64,000 bases of DNA from Octopus bimaculoides (taxonomy: Eukaryota): contig NC_068982.1 of assembly GCF_001194135.2 (NCBI RefSeq), forward strand, positions 177,887,037-177,951,036. The letters run 5' to 3'. Made by a program: the position numbers and the translations under genes. Shown here one piece after another: positions 1 through 13,903 of the stretch. Positions within the stretch are counted from its first letter, which is position 1, and each line of letters starts with the position of its first letter. Under the pieces are notes generated by a model. It had not been told where the DNA came from. It did not search any database and saw only the letters and a program-made list of their open reading frames with translations.

Positions 1-22
1 GTGTTACATACATTTTTTTTGT

Positions 23-412
23 GGAGGCGCAATGGCCCAGTGGTTAGGGCAGCGGATTCGCGGTCAGAGGATCGCGGTTTCGATTCCCAGACCGGGCGTT
101 GTGAGTGTTTATTGAGTGAAAACACCTAAAAGCTCCACGAGACTCCGGCAGGGGATGGTGGCGAACCCTGCTGTACTCTTCCACCACAACTTTCTCTCAC
201 TCTTACTTCCTATTTCTGTTGTGCCTGTAATTCAAAGGCTCAGCCTTGTCACACTGTGTCACGCTGAATATCCCCGAGAACTACGTTAAGGGTACACGTG
301 TCTGTGGAGTGCTCAGCCACTTGCACGTTAATTTCACGAGCAGGCTGTTCCATTGATCGAATCAACTGGAACCCTGGACGTCGTAAGCGATGGAGTGCCA
401 ACAACAACAACA
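23..412 (+). mobile_element. tRNA-derived SINE, full length
   Basis: A-box-like TGGCCCAGTGG and B-box-like GTTTCGATTCC head, (CAA)n tail, ACATACAT at both flanks (TSD-like); 3' module recurs inverted at 22790-22960. Confidence 0.8.
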
Positions 413-499
413 TACATATTTTATTATTTATTAAATGATAAAGAGGAACGTGCAGTTTGTTCAATTAATCCCTTTAAATACATTTTACTCAACAAATAA

Positions 500-714
500 T
501 AATAAAATTGATCGTCTGCTGTCGGTGCATTTCCCCGTACGTACCCGCTACTTTCGTAATAAGGGTTGTGCTGTATAGACTGACGTGAGAGTGCTCTCCC
601 CTCGTTGCCAGCGAGAATCTCGTGTGACTCTGCGAGTGTTTGTTGTCAACCTAAAAATTGTTATTCATTTTCTCCAAAATATTTTTCTCTCTTCATTCGA
701 ATTTATAAAACGAC
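500..714 (+). promoter_or_regulatory. Probable DYNLT1 promoter/5' UTR
   Basis: CpG-richer patch immediately upstream of the ATG at 715, includes TGACGT; TSS not determinable. Confidence 0.35.
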
Positions 715-741
715 ATGGACGATTTACAAGCTTCTGAAGAA
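715..741 (+). CDS. DYNLT1: DYNLT1 exon 1 (MDDLQASEE)
   Basis: ATG at 715, donor GTAAGT at 742. Confidence 0.93.
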
Positions 742-1547
742 GTAAGTCATTTCTACCCCAGTCACTATTTCATTTGGTCACTTGTTGCTTAGCTGTAAGG
801 TCAGCTATAATGAGGAAATCGATGATTATAAGCGTCCCAGCTGTGACCATCCTACCTTCAAATCTGGGTCTACATTACCTCATATAGCCTCCCTTTTAAA
901 TGGATAGGATGTAAATTGAGCAAGATGTGACTTCTATTTCTAGTTCCCCTGTTTAGTCTCTTGTAATTTATTTAACCACTAAAATCACTTCGACATTTGT
1001 TTGTGCACTTTGACATTTTTCGATGTCCAAAATTTTCAATACCAGTAAATTTTTCTGCAACTTTCCAGATTCTACTGTATTACGAAAACATTTACTTATT
1101 TCTTACTAAATATTACGAAACTTTTATGGAAAAGAAAAATGTTCTGTCATACAACATATCATTATATCTCATTAAATCTAATATTTCATCATTTTATTGT
1201 ATGAAGTATGTATTATTTCAGTTCTAAATATCTTGACTGAAGTTAAACAGAATCATCTCAAGTCTTTTCCTTTGTCGGACACAGGATGACGTATATATAC
1301 ACACCCAGATGTACACACACACTCACTTCTGTGACATTTCTAAAAAATAAAGCCACTTTAACTATTTCCCACGCTCATATTATATTATTATACAAACAGT
1401 TAACACCAGTTCTTTTTTTTTTTTTTTTAATACATATCAGAAATGACATTTTTGTATGTTGCTAAGGTATCTCATTAACTGTTATTTTATAACCGGATTA
1501 TCATTAGATTAGCTGCAAGGCAACAAATCTGAGACGACCTATTTGTG

Positions 1548-1588
<41 letters not shown>

Positions 1589-4500
1589 ATATGTGTGTGT
1601 GTATAGTTTTCGTATATTAATACTCTTCAACTTGACAAAAAGAAGAAATAGAGATTTCTGGAAGACTCTTTTATTGTTGTTTGGAAATGAATTATATTCA
1701 CTGAGGTACTCAGTCATACGTAGCCACATATAGTATTGCTGGTTTTAAATCTTAATCAACATTCTCTGTGCACAATTCTTTTATACGGAGAAAATTTGTT
1801 GTAAAATACTATCACTTATATTTACAATATACCAGAATGTTATTTCTGATATGTGTAGAAAGAGAAAGGGAATGATGGTTCTTTGTATATTATAATTTGA
1901 ACGTTGGAAAATAGTTTAGGGATTCATTTTTCAATTGATGTAGGAACTGTAAATTTACCATTTGATTGATTAATAGGAGTAGGTAAGCAATAATAAAAAA
2001 TGAGGGGGGGAAGGTACAAAAGGAAGTCTTGCTACATTTACTTATTTCTAACTAAATGTTTGCCTAGACACTCATCCAATAAACCTATAATTAAGGTATT
2101 CCACTCTTTAAAAAAAAAGGTAACTACTCTCTCTCTTACGTTCTAACAGAGTGTATCTAGAACTGCATATCCAATGTGCCCTTTGTTAAGGCAATGGGAT
2201 GTAAGTTCAGGGAGATTTGGTTGATATTTCTAGCAGGCCAAGCGACAATGTAGCAGTGGAAAGAAATGAGCTGTGTATGAATCATCCTGGTGGTCAAAAA
2301 CATAATTTGCATCTAATATAATTCTTTGCCTTAGTGTTGGATAAGGTTAAAATCAACATAATTTTATAAATCCTGGCTATTTGTCTGTTCCCTTTTCAAT
2401 CCTCACAGTCTGTGTCTACAAAACACTGGTTTATTCTGTGTGCAATATTGGTTCATGTGGGAAGCTGATTGAAAAAGTAGACTGATATTAAAAGTTTTGA
2501 AAATATACTAGTTTGAACAAATAAATTGCTACAAATAATAATATTTGCTGTCATGAAAAAATAGACATCAAAAGGATAATGATTGCTTTCTTTTCTATTT
2601 TTGACATTGAATTCTGGTTTAAAAGCTGACCAAGAGAAAATCAGATCAAAAAGTCTTCAAGATCATTATCATTAACTTATCAATTTATTCCTTTTGTATT
2701 CATTAGTTCAGGAGCAATAAACACTGAAAATGAGCAGAAAACAACTTCTGCCACATTCCAGGGAGAAAAACCAGAAGTAGTTGATAGCTTCCGTTATCTA
2801 GGGGACCAAGTTAGTAGCAGGGGAGGGTGTGCTGAAAGTGTAGCTGCTAGAATAAGAATAGCCTGGGCAAAGTTCAGAGAGCTCTTACCTCTGCTGATGA
2901 CAAAGGACTTCTTGCTCAGAGTAAAAGGCAGACTGTATGACGCATGTGTACGGACAACCATGCTACATGGCAGTGAAACATGAGCCATGACTACTGAGGA
3001 CATGTGTAAGCTCGCAAGGAATGAAGCCAGTATGGTCTGATGGATGTGTAATGTCAGTGTGCATACTTGACAGAGTGTAAGTACCTTGAGAGAAAAGTTG
3101 AACCTAAGAAGCATCAGATGTGGTGTGCAAGAGAGACGATTGCACTGGTATAGTCATGTGGCGAGAATGGATGAGGATAGCTGTGTGAAAAAGTGTCACA
3201 CCCTAGCGGTTGAAGGAACCTATGGAAGAGGTAGACCAGGAAGACCTGGGATGAGGTGGTGAAGCACGACCTTTGAACATTAGGCCTCACCAAGGCAATG
3301 ACCTGTGACCGAGACCTTTGGAAATATGCTGTGCGTGAGAAGACCCGGCAAGCCAAGTGAGACCATAATCCAAGGCCTCTGCCAGGGATGTAGCCAGCCC
3401 ACTTATGCATACTTTTCCTTCATTGGACACTAAACTCTGTTTGCGAAGACCTGTTGAGGCAAATGAAATCGATCCAAATTTGATGACTAGCACCCATGCC
3501 AACCTCTCCTTCATTGGACACTAAACTCGGGTTGTGAAAACCTGTTGGGGCAAGTGAAATCGAAATCGTGATTGAACCAAATTTGATGAGTGGTACCTGT
3601 GCCAGTGGAGCGCTAAGAGTACTGTCCGAGCATGATCATTGCCAGGGCAGCTGTCTGGCTTCCGTGCCACTGGCACGTAAATAGTACCATTTGAGCATGA
3701 TCGTTACTAGCATCACCTTACTGGTACTTGTGCCGGTGGCATGTGAAAAAACATTCGAGTGAGGTCGTTGCCAGTGGCGCTGGACTGGCTCCTGTGCAGG
3801 TGGCATGTAAAAGAAACACATTTTGAGTGTGGCCATTCCCAGTACCACCTGACTGGCCCTTGTGCCAGTGGCACATAAAAGCACCCACTACACTCTCTGA
3901 GTGGTTGGCATTAGGAAGGGCATCCAGCTGTAGAAACTCTGCCAAATCAGATTGGAACCTGGTGCAGCCTTCTGGTTCGCCAGTCCTCAGTCAAATCGTC
4001 CAACCCATGCTAGCGTGGAAGGCGGACGTTAAATGATGATGATGATGATGAGACATGGAATGATGAAAGTCAGTCTTAGTGAAATTTGAGGAAAGAGATG
4101 GGGAAGTACCTATCTGAGAAAGAGATAGGGAAGTACCTTAGGCCCACTAATGTTCTTTGACTAGGTATGAATTTTACACTTCCCATGTTTTTCCTCTTGT
4201 TAAAATGAAATAAATAACATCATCACAAGTAATAACTCACTTCTGGAAGAAAATATCAGGTAATCTAGAAAGTAAGACAAAAATTTAATAACCTGAATAT
4301 CTAGGAGTTATGAAGGCAACCCCTAATTTGTCTCTGAAGAATGTAATATAGATTATACTTAGAGGCTTTACAAAATCAATAATCCAATTGGCAGGCTGAA
4401 TTACTTTATAGACACATAACTATTTCACCCAAAGTGGAGGAAATCCCAAATAACTTATGAGAACACCATAAATAGTTTAACCCTTTAGTGCTCAGGTTAC

Positions 4501-7500
4501 TCTGTCAAATGTAATACATACTTATTGAAATTGATTTGAATTAAGCATGTTTTATCTCATAGCATTAAAATTTCAATGATGTGGTTGTTGATTTTCACAA
4601 TGACATTGTAAGGTAGATGTGAGAGGCCAGATCTGACCAGTTTGAACATAAAACAAGTAGAATATTTAGGCCAGATATGGCCGGTTTAAATGCTAAAGGG
4701 TTAAAAGTCAAATAAAACACAGAAACAGATTAACTAAGACAAAAACTGTTCAGTATTTAATGAGTTGTAGAAACAGCTGAATGTTGGGCTAAAATCTTTA
4801 TAGTGTTTTGTTACATCCCATAATGTTTTATGTTCAAATCTCATTCAGTTCTATTTTTTTTTATATATATATATTTTTTTCTGGTATTAATGAAATAAGT
4901 ATAATCCCCAGCCCCACCCAAAAACATTGTAGTCCTTGTACAAAGTTTAGTAAATAATATTAACAAAAATACAAACCAAATAAAACTGAAATATGATAAA
5001 ACAAAATATGTATGATATAAAACTAGAAAAGGCCAGGTGTAAATTTTGAAGAAACACTTGGCTACATATATACTGGTTGCCCAGTATAAGTTAAATCCGA
5101 ATATGTACAGATACATAACTTATCAACAGTATAGTGTCACCAGCAAATTGTCTGGCATTATATAAGTAATAGTAAAATAGTACCAACATAACTATGAGAT
5201 CTAAGACGAAGCATGCTACTGCAAACTGATTAGTGTGGTTCTATCTTCTTTCCTACTTACTAAAACTTAGATCTTTGCTAAGTTTACTTTGAGGCCTCTT
5301 GATCTAGGTTTTGCTTCTACATCTGAAATTTCTTATAATTCTATTATAGACTCCACTATAAGAACTCGGTCATCAGCATATATGAGTTCCTATGAACAAC
5401 TGGTCTCAAACTCCTCAGTTATGGCTTAGAGGGCTATGATAAATAAAAAGGCTACTCAAAACTGAACCCAAGCGAGCCCCTACTCCGTGCTAAATTCATC
5501 ACTATACTTATTGCTGATTCTCACCTTGCTGACTGTATCTCTGTGTATAGTTTGCTTTATACAGTTATTTGCGTACTTCTAGCAGTGAGGCACCTTGACA
5601 AAGGTCTTCTCCAGTTTGGTGAAAGCTAGCTATTGGTGGCTTACTCTTAGCTTAGTACTTGTCCTACAGTTATTTCTCTAGAAAGATGACATCAGTAGTG
5701 CTTCTTTCTGGCAAAAAGTTGAACTGCATCTCATTCTGGCTACTTCACATCCTAATCAATTGAACTATAGCTCTTTCTGTAACTTTCATATTGTGACCCA
5801 ACAATTTAATTTTTCTGTAATTTCCTTTCTCTAGTGCATCTCCATTGTTTTTGTATCAATTGACAATGATACTGCTACATTAGTTAATGATAATGATACC
5901 TTCTTGTAATTTTTGATTAACTATGCAGTTGAGAAGTCCATGCCTTTCTAGCCATATATTTCAAACATTTCAGCAGTTTTTCCTGAGAGACCGGTTATCT
6001 TTCTTGCCTTATTTAAGAAAGATCTGCCTTACTATTTCTACTGCATAGTGTCAGCGGCACGGAAAGGTGCCCAGTACATACTACAAAGTGATTGCATTAG
6101 GAGGGAATCCTACCATAGAAACCATGCTGAAACTGACATTGGAGCTTGATGCAGCCCTGCATCTTGTCAGATTATGTCAAACCATCCAACCCATGCCAAC
6201 ATGGAAAACAGATGTTAAATGATGATGAGATACATTATGCTTGACAATAAAATAAGATGGGCATTGCTGAATTACCTTCAGTCATAAATCTGCTTGATTG
6301 GGGCTGACCTGGAGCTAAACAACAAAGGACGAATGCTTATAAATAGAAATGACATGAAATAAAGCACAGAGATAGCAGTAGTACCCATTGTGGAAATTCT
6401 GGAAAAAAATAAAAAAAGAAATGACCTACAAATTAAGTACTTTACCAAATTGCCAGTCAATCAAGACAAATAAGGGAAAATGATGTAAAAAAAAATATAT
6501 CTGAGGATAACAAAACAAAATAACTAAACTGATATAAATTACCCATTACTAACCACTTGTGCAGTTTCATAGTTATATAGGAATATAGCTGATACACAAG
6601 ATTGATTCTAACATTCAAGTAGGATATAAAGTAAAGAACCTCTGTCATTTGTAAACTGAAATACACAATAAGAATAACATTGAAAAAAATACATGCCAAT
6701 TTCAAGCTTTCGGAAATGGAAAAGATTGTTGATACCTGTACTGCCTACAAACTTAGGAAAGATTGTTCATAGAACAGAGTTGTCATGCAATTTGTTTTTG
6801 TGTCTCCAGCCAGCAGAATCATTAGCATGCTGGACAAAATGCTTAGCAGCATTTCTTCCAGCTCTTTACATTCTGGGTTCAAATTCTGCCAAGGTCAACT
6901 TTACTTTTCATTGTTTCGGAGTCAATAAAATAAGGATCAGTTGAGCCCCAGGGTCAGTGTAATAGACTAACTTCCTCCCACTTCAAAATTGTTGGCCTTG
7001 TGCTAGAATTTGAAACCATTATAACATCTTGAGTATTGTGTTACTTCTGTTTTGTATATTTCGTTCTTTTATGTATTGTAAAACTACAAATATGACATAC
7101 TTTGATGAAGGCATGACTACTGGTGTATATAAAATAATCACTTAAAGTGAATGATAATAACTATATCATTATAAATGTATTTAATGAATCCAGTAACTAA
7201 ACAAAATTTTGCAGTGGAAAGTCTTTATCTGTGTACAAATTAAATGACCTTTTTCTTCTTTCTGTAGTGTTGTCACTAATACTTTCCAGTTCACAGAAGG
7301 TACCTTTAAATTGCGGGTAACAAGTTTCAGGGTTTTGTCAGTGTTCCCCAATCAAGTTCATAAATCGTTGTAAAACTTGAAGGAAACTTTTTGACTCTTA
7401 AACTAATATAATTCATGACATCAAAACTGAAAAAAATTTTCTATTTCCAAATTTGTCAGGATCTTAAACATTCTAAGTTCAATTCATTAAATATTAGCTA

Positions 7501-10500
7501 ATAGCTTAATAGAAAACATTGAACTAGTAAAGATACTGTAACTGTTGTTGATTGTTTGGAAGATAATTGCTTGCATCATACACTTAAAAATCCAATTAAG
7601 GTGAAATAGCACCTACTGGATAACTGGTAGCTTGTTCTCATTTAATCGGTTTGATTTGAAAAAAGGAGTCTATACCCATGGCATTTGAGGAAGAAAGTCT
7701 GCTAATAGTGGTCAGAAAAGGACTTGGGCCATGGTGGGCACAATAGGGGTCATAAGATAGAAGTAAATTAAGAGTGCCTGAATGGAGGCAGTACAAGACC
7801 AACCTACTCCAAAGAACAGCAGTGACTATAGAAACAGTAGAAAAGGTAAAATTAGGAGATAACGTATATATAAACTAGAAATAGGAGTCTGTCTATGAGT
7901 GACTTCATGCCAGTTAGTCAAGAGATTTTTATTTACATATAGGCTAGTATGTTTGCTGGTATGTCAGCAACATCATTCTAGATGTTGGAGCAATGGCCCA
8001 TCATGAACTTCAGTTTTGTAGATAGTTAATAGCTATCAAGGGATGAAGTATTTTCAGAATCATGCAGATTTCAAGTGAGATGTCTAGATAGTGGATTAGC
8101 AGAGACATCAGAGCAGTATTTGTTCTGATTCTGTGCTCTGAAATCAAATCTCACCAAAATCAACTTTGCCTTTCATCATTTTGTTATCAGTGAAAAAAAG
8201 TACCAATCCAAAAGTATCAAAGCAATATAGATTGGTACAACTATAAAGCTGGACCTTGCAATATTTGACCAGCTTGGTGTTCTGAGCCAAACACCACCTA
8301 AGTACCTAAAAAATGTACCTTCACCAACTTACAGGCCTAGCATGATGAGAAAGGCAAATCTTCAAAACAAAAGCCACCACCAAGTAAATGATGCTGGGCA
8401 CAGTTATGAGACGGATTCCTCCAGCTGGAGCAACAAGTGCCCTGGTAACATCTAGGTTGCATGTGGATCACACTTTGGCAGTAGAAGTTGAGGAGAAATG
8501 ACAGGTGGTATTATATGCATAGGAGTGGACATTTTTGGAGTTGATGGCAAGTAAGTTGTTAATTGAGAGAGGGAAGAGAGTTCAGGGGACAAAAGCCTTA
8601 CCCTGAAGCACACCAGAGTTGATAGCATAGAGTGTTGAGAGAGGCCTATGAACACAGGCTGCAAAATTGCAATCTAACAAGAAGCCACCAACCCAAGAGT
8701 CAAAAGATGGATGGAGTCCCTGAATGGACAGCTTTGACAGGAAATCCACATGTCTGATACAGTCAAAAGCTTTACTGTTATCAGGAACGTTAGCCGTTTT
8801 ACCAGGTTTCTGAAGGGTGAGAACTTATGTTGAGTAACCACTGCAGATCTCTTATAAAATGTGTGTACACGTAGGAAACAATAGCAAGAAGCACTGAGCC
8901 TATCTTTTGGAGCTGAAGTTTCAGTAAACATGTAATCTGAACAACTGAGATGGGTTATGAGATTTGTGTCTTTAAGTGATACAGAATAGGTTGTTGCATG
9001 GAATGTGTCGGGGTTTAGATTAGATCAGAGTTCACAGATGGTAGAGAAAAGGAAGAAGAATTGTCCCATGAATTTAGTTTTAGCTTTTGGCATCTAGGAA
9101 ATTGTAGGAAGTGTTGCTGCTTACTTTGTCTCCACAACATTCATAGCAAGAGACATTTAATCAGTTAATAAAAATACAAAGCAATGATATAGGGTCAGTT
9201 GCTCATCCAGAGTTCCTTACTACTAATGCCTCTTTGATATGACTTTTTAATTCAGTATTTCTCAGATCTGTTTTCCCACTGTGGGATATAACTCTGGAAT
9301 AACATTGTAGTTTTCAGAGATTATCAAGACATTGCTAGTCATGCAGGTTCTACATGGTGACATATTGTTACAGGCCACTACTACACTCACAACCTGTGAG
9401 AAGTGTACCACAAAGGAAAAAAGTTCACATAAGCACCATTTTCTCTGGTCATGATCTCTTTTATTTCTTCTACTTTAGTATTGCAACACCACACTGCCAG
9501 CATGTTTGCTCTTCTCACCTCATTTTCAGTCTTAAATAACTAACACACACTTAGATATGCTCAACACCTGTCAAAGTAGAATGCATACAACCACACATCT
9601 GCCTAGCTTCCCTTCGACTCAGTTTTTGAATATATATGGAAACCCCACTTCATATTTTGAAAAACAGAAGTATGTTGCTTTCCTCCTTACCCATTTTTGA
9701 ATAATTCTTCAGCCAGAAGGTACTCTCTTTTGTGACATACTTTTCCCATGCTTTCTCTTTTGCCTGGAGTTGGTTCATGTATAGTTATTCTTTATGGCTC
9801 ACAACTCTGGCAAATGACAAGTTGCTATTGGAGGTGCTTTTGTTTAATTGTCATTTTGCTAAGGTTTTTTTTCTTCTTTTTCTTAAATTGTGACTGTTTT
9901 CTAAAGTTGAGGACAATTCTTTTCTAATGGGTTGATGTTTAAATATTCCAAAACCCTTTGGTAATGAAAAAAAGTACAAAAAAAAAAAAATTCATTGTGT
10001 AATCCAAGAAAGGATCAACTGTAAGCAGTTTTGTACCACATGACTGTTCACTGCAAATAACAATCATTATCATTACTTTTACATCCACTCTTCCATGCTT
10101 ACATGGGTTGGATGTATCCTCTCTAATAGCATTGTGCCATTTCTTTGTCATCTCCTTCTTAAGGCTTGGCATTTAGCTTTCACCACTTCTTCCCATATCT
10201 CCCTCCATCTTCATATGGATTTCCTGACATTTCTTTATCCAAATGTATTATATCTACCAATGCAGTTGACTCTTTTGTACACTATATCTAGTGCTGTTAT
10301 ACATATTTTTCTTGCTGCTCATCTTTGCCTCATCAGTCAGGTGCACTAACAACTTCCTGAACTTTTTTCCACGTTCTTATTCTGGATAATGTTTTCAGAC
10401 CAGCCTCTTGCACTCCTGATTAAGGCACCTTGATAACAGAAGGAGGCATTCTGGGCACATCATCATTATCATCATTTAACATCTGTTTCCCATCCTAGCA

Positions 10501-13500
10501 TGGGTTGCACAGTTTGACCAGAGCTGATAAGGCCAGGGGCTGCACCAGGCTGTTCTAAATACTAGCCACTCCTGTACATTTGCCACATGCAAAGTCTTTA
10601 TTCACTGTAATTGTGATTTTATGTCAATGAGTAAACCATGTGGAATTTCTACCTATTCTTTTTATATATATTGAGCATGACTCCTGATGGCAGCAGTCTG
10701 CTTTCCTACTTACTAACTTTAGTTAGTAAGCAGATTCTCTTCCTAAGAAGTTGTGCCAAGACCTATTATGTTATTTTCATAACTTGGTCCATCAGTTTGA
10801 TACCTCTGCAGTTGCTTCTTTCTGGGACACTTCTTTTACTCTTGTAACAGTCGATGATTATACTGCTATGCTAGTCATTTGGTATATCTCCTTTTGTTAC
10901 CTGGTTAATTATGTCGGTGACTAGCTTTAAGCCTTACTTTGCCTATATTTTCTGCATCTTAACTATTTCCATTGAATTTGCTGCTTCCCATATTTTTCTT
11001 AACCCTTTAGCATTCTGATTACTCTATCAAATATAATGCTTAATTATTCACATTGTTTTGAATTAATCATTCATTCTCTCAGAGCTTCAAGATTTTGATA
11101 ATGTGATTGTTTAATTTAGAATGATATTGTAGGGTAGATGTGAGAGGCTGGATCTGGCTAGTTTGAACATAACACAGATGGAATATTTGTGGCAGGATAT
11201 GGTTGGTTTAAATGTTAATGGGTTAATGGCAATTTTGAGCATTTAGCTGGTCTTTCTGTTGGGTATAGTTGAGGTGGTTCTTTTTCCCATACATTTTCCA
11301 TATCCCGCAACTATTCATTGTAACATTTCCAAAACTCTTTCCCCTCAGTATCAAAGAGGATAAGTGTATCACTGCCATCTTGAATGCAGTTTTCCTGAAG
11401 AATGTCTTCATTCTCTCTGACACTCTACTTTACTATTTCTGTCACTCTTCATACCTCTGATCTTTATGATGCAGAACACTGGCAAGCCTTCTGCTTTTAG
11501 TTTATTTCTGCTCTAGTTAAACTTGTCATCTAGCTCCTGTTCTAGCCCTTTGATATAATTTCCTACTACCCTTGTCACATACTTTAACTAAAAATGAATC
11601 TATACCACAATATTTATTCCAGTGAGCTGATAAGTAGTTACAGTGAGCAATATAATCTCTGCTCAATCAAATTTTTAGATGTATATTGATATATTAGTAT
11701 ATTCTATATTAGTAATATATCATCATCGTTTAACGTCTGCTTTCCCTGCTGGCTTTCCATACCAGTGCAGTCATCTCTCTTGCACACCACATCTGATGCT
11801 TCTTGTGTCCAACTTTACTCTCAGAGTGCTTACATTTTGTTGTGTATGCAGACTGACATTACACATCCAGCAGAGCATACTAAATAATAGTATAATAATA
11901 ATATATTAGCAATATAAAAACAAATGTAAAATATATTTAAGTAATAAATAAAATTTTTTAATGAATCTCATTCACTTCTGTATAAGTTTACTTGAATCTA
12001 AATATTTATGTTTATTATATTTCAGAACACATTTGTGGTTGATGATGTTACTAACATAATTAAGGAGGTAAGACCATTAGAACTCTTAGTCTTGACTTCT
12101 TTTTCAGCCCTGGAAGTTATTTTGAACTGAATCACCGTTGTACACCACTCAAATCACACCGTCATTTTAAAAAAGGAAGGACACATTGGATAATGCAGTC
12201 TGAGATACACTATGTCTCATTAAAAGAGGCAATGGACATGCCAGAAACATCTTTGATCATGGATTTACTAAAAATACTTCAGCTCTAACCAACTGCATAG
12301 CTTCAACAAAGTTAAGAAATACATCCAGACAAGCTCATAGCTATACACACACACACATACAATTGGGTGCTGAGAAGTTCCTGGCTTTGGGTAGAAGGAA
12401 ATACAGGAGGATCATATTTTTATGCTGTATGACAGCCACGAAAATATCTGAATAACTAAGAACATAACATAGAACTAAACAACCCTAAAATAAAATACAT
12501 TACAGGAACTATACTTGAAAGTAAGCTTATTAAGTATTCATCTACTACAATACACTAAGAAGCCTACCAAAACAGTAAAATGAACTTTGACCTAATGAGA
12601 TAGAATCTTGACTTCAGCCAGCACCTGGTGTGAAACCGTGGTCAACCACACAAGATTATAAACAGATCAGATTTCAGAGTCAAAACAATCTCCCCACACT
12701 TCTTTTTGAACCCTAATCAATAAACAACTAACTGAATTGAGTTTGCTTTGAGCCAAGCTGGTTGGAAAACCCTGAATGAAGCTGCATATGCACAACTGCC
12801 CATATTTCGTGCAGTGGTCATCATAACCATAAAAATATGTTGTATGACATTGTGAAATGAAATAAATTGTAAGGATATACTAGTCTCCATATTCTCTATC
12901 GTCATAATTATTGCTAGTATACACTCCAGATGATATTACCATCCAGTGAAGTGAACACGTTATTAGCTTTCAGAGAAATTTACTGTGTGAGTGACAACTA
13001 GCTGTAATCGATGCGGTTAGCCATAACCTGGAACATAACTGAGAGTTACTACAGTATCTGGCCTGATAATATATCCCTTTAAACTCACATTAATATATAC
13101 ATACATACACAATAGGTTTCTTTCAGTTTCCATCTACTAAATCCACTCACAAGGTTTTGGTCAGCCTTGCCCAAGATGTCACACTGGGACTGAACCCAGA
13201 ACAATGTGGTTGGATAGTAATCTTCTTACCACACAGCCACACCTGTGTCTATTTATTCATATATAATATACAATCTTTTATATTTTTAAACCTAAGATTT
13301 GAGGGTGCACATTATAAATGAAAACTAAAAGTTACTCATTTTTCGTGGTCCCAAGTGCATGGTCATATATATGACAGCATGACTAGAAGTAAACTATATG
13401 TTTGTCCAAGCCAGAAAATCACTACAATAATGTTATATTCATCATCATCATCATCATCATCGTTTAACGTCCGCTTTCCATGCCAGCATGGGTTGGACGA

Positions 13501-13859
13501 TTTGACTGAGGACTGGTGAAACCGGATGGCAACACCAGGCTCCAGTCTGATTTGGCAGAGTTTCTACAGCTGGATGCCCTTCCTAACGCCAACCACTCAC
13601 AGAGTGTAGTGGGTGCTTTTACGTGTCACCTGCACGAAAACGGCCACGCTCGAAATGGTGTCTTTTATGTGCCACCCGCACAAGCCAGTCCAGGGGCACT
13701 GGCAACGATCTTACTTGGCTTGCCGGGTCTTCTCACGCACAGCACATTTCCAAAGGTCTCGGTCAGTAGTCAAAATTCTGATGTTTTAATCCTTTAATAT
13801 ATACAATTTATATAAAAATATTTCCGTTTATTTCAACATTTTTAACATTATATTACATT

Positions 13860-13903
<44 letters not shown>

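Noticed and set aside
23-96. tRNA gene
   Set aside because: Has A/B boxes but no clean cloverleaf, and continues into a SINE body and (CAA)n tail
742-12025. Intronic C/D snoRNAs suggested by frequent TGATGA, and U12-type introns
   Set aside because: TGATGA hits come from (GAT)n retroposon tails; all assembled donors are ordinary U2-type GT, none GTATCCTT or ATATCC
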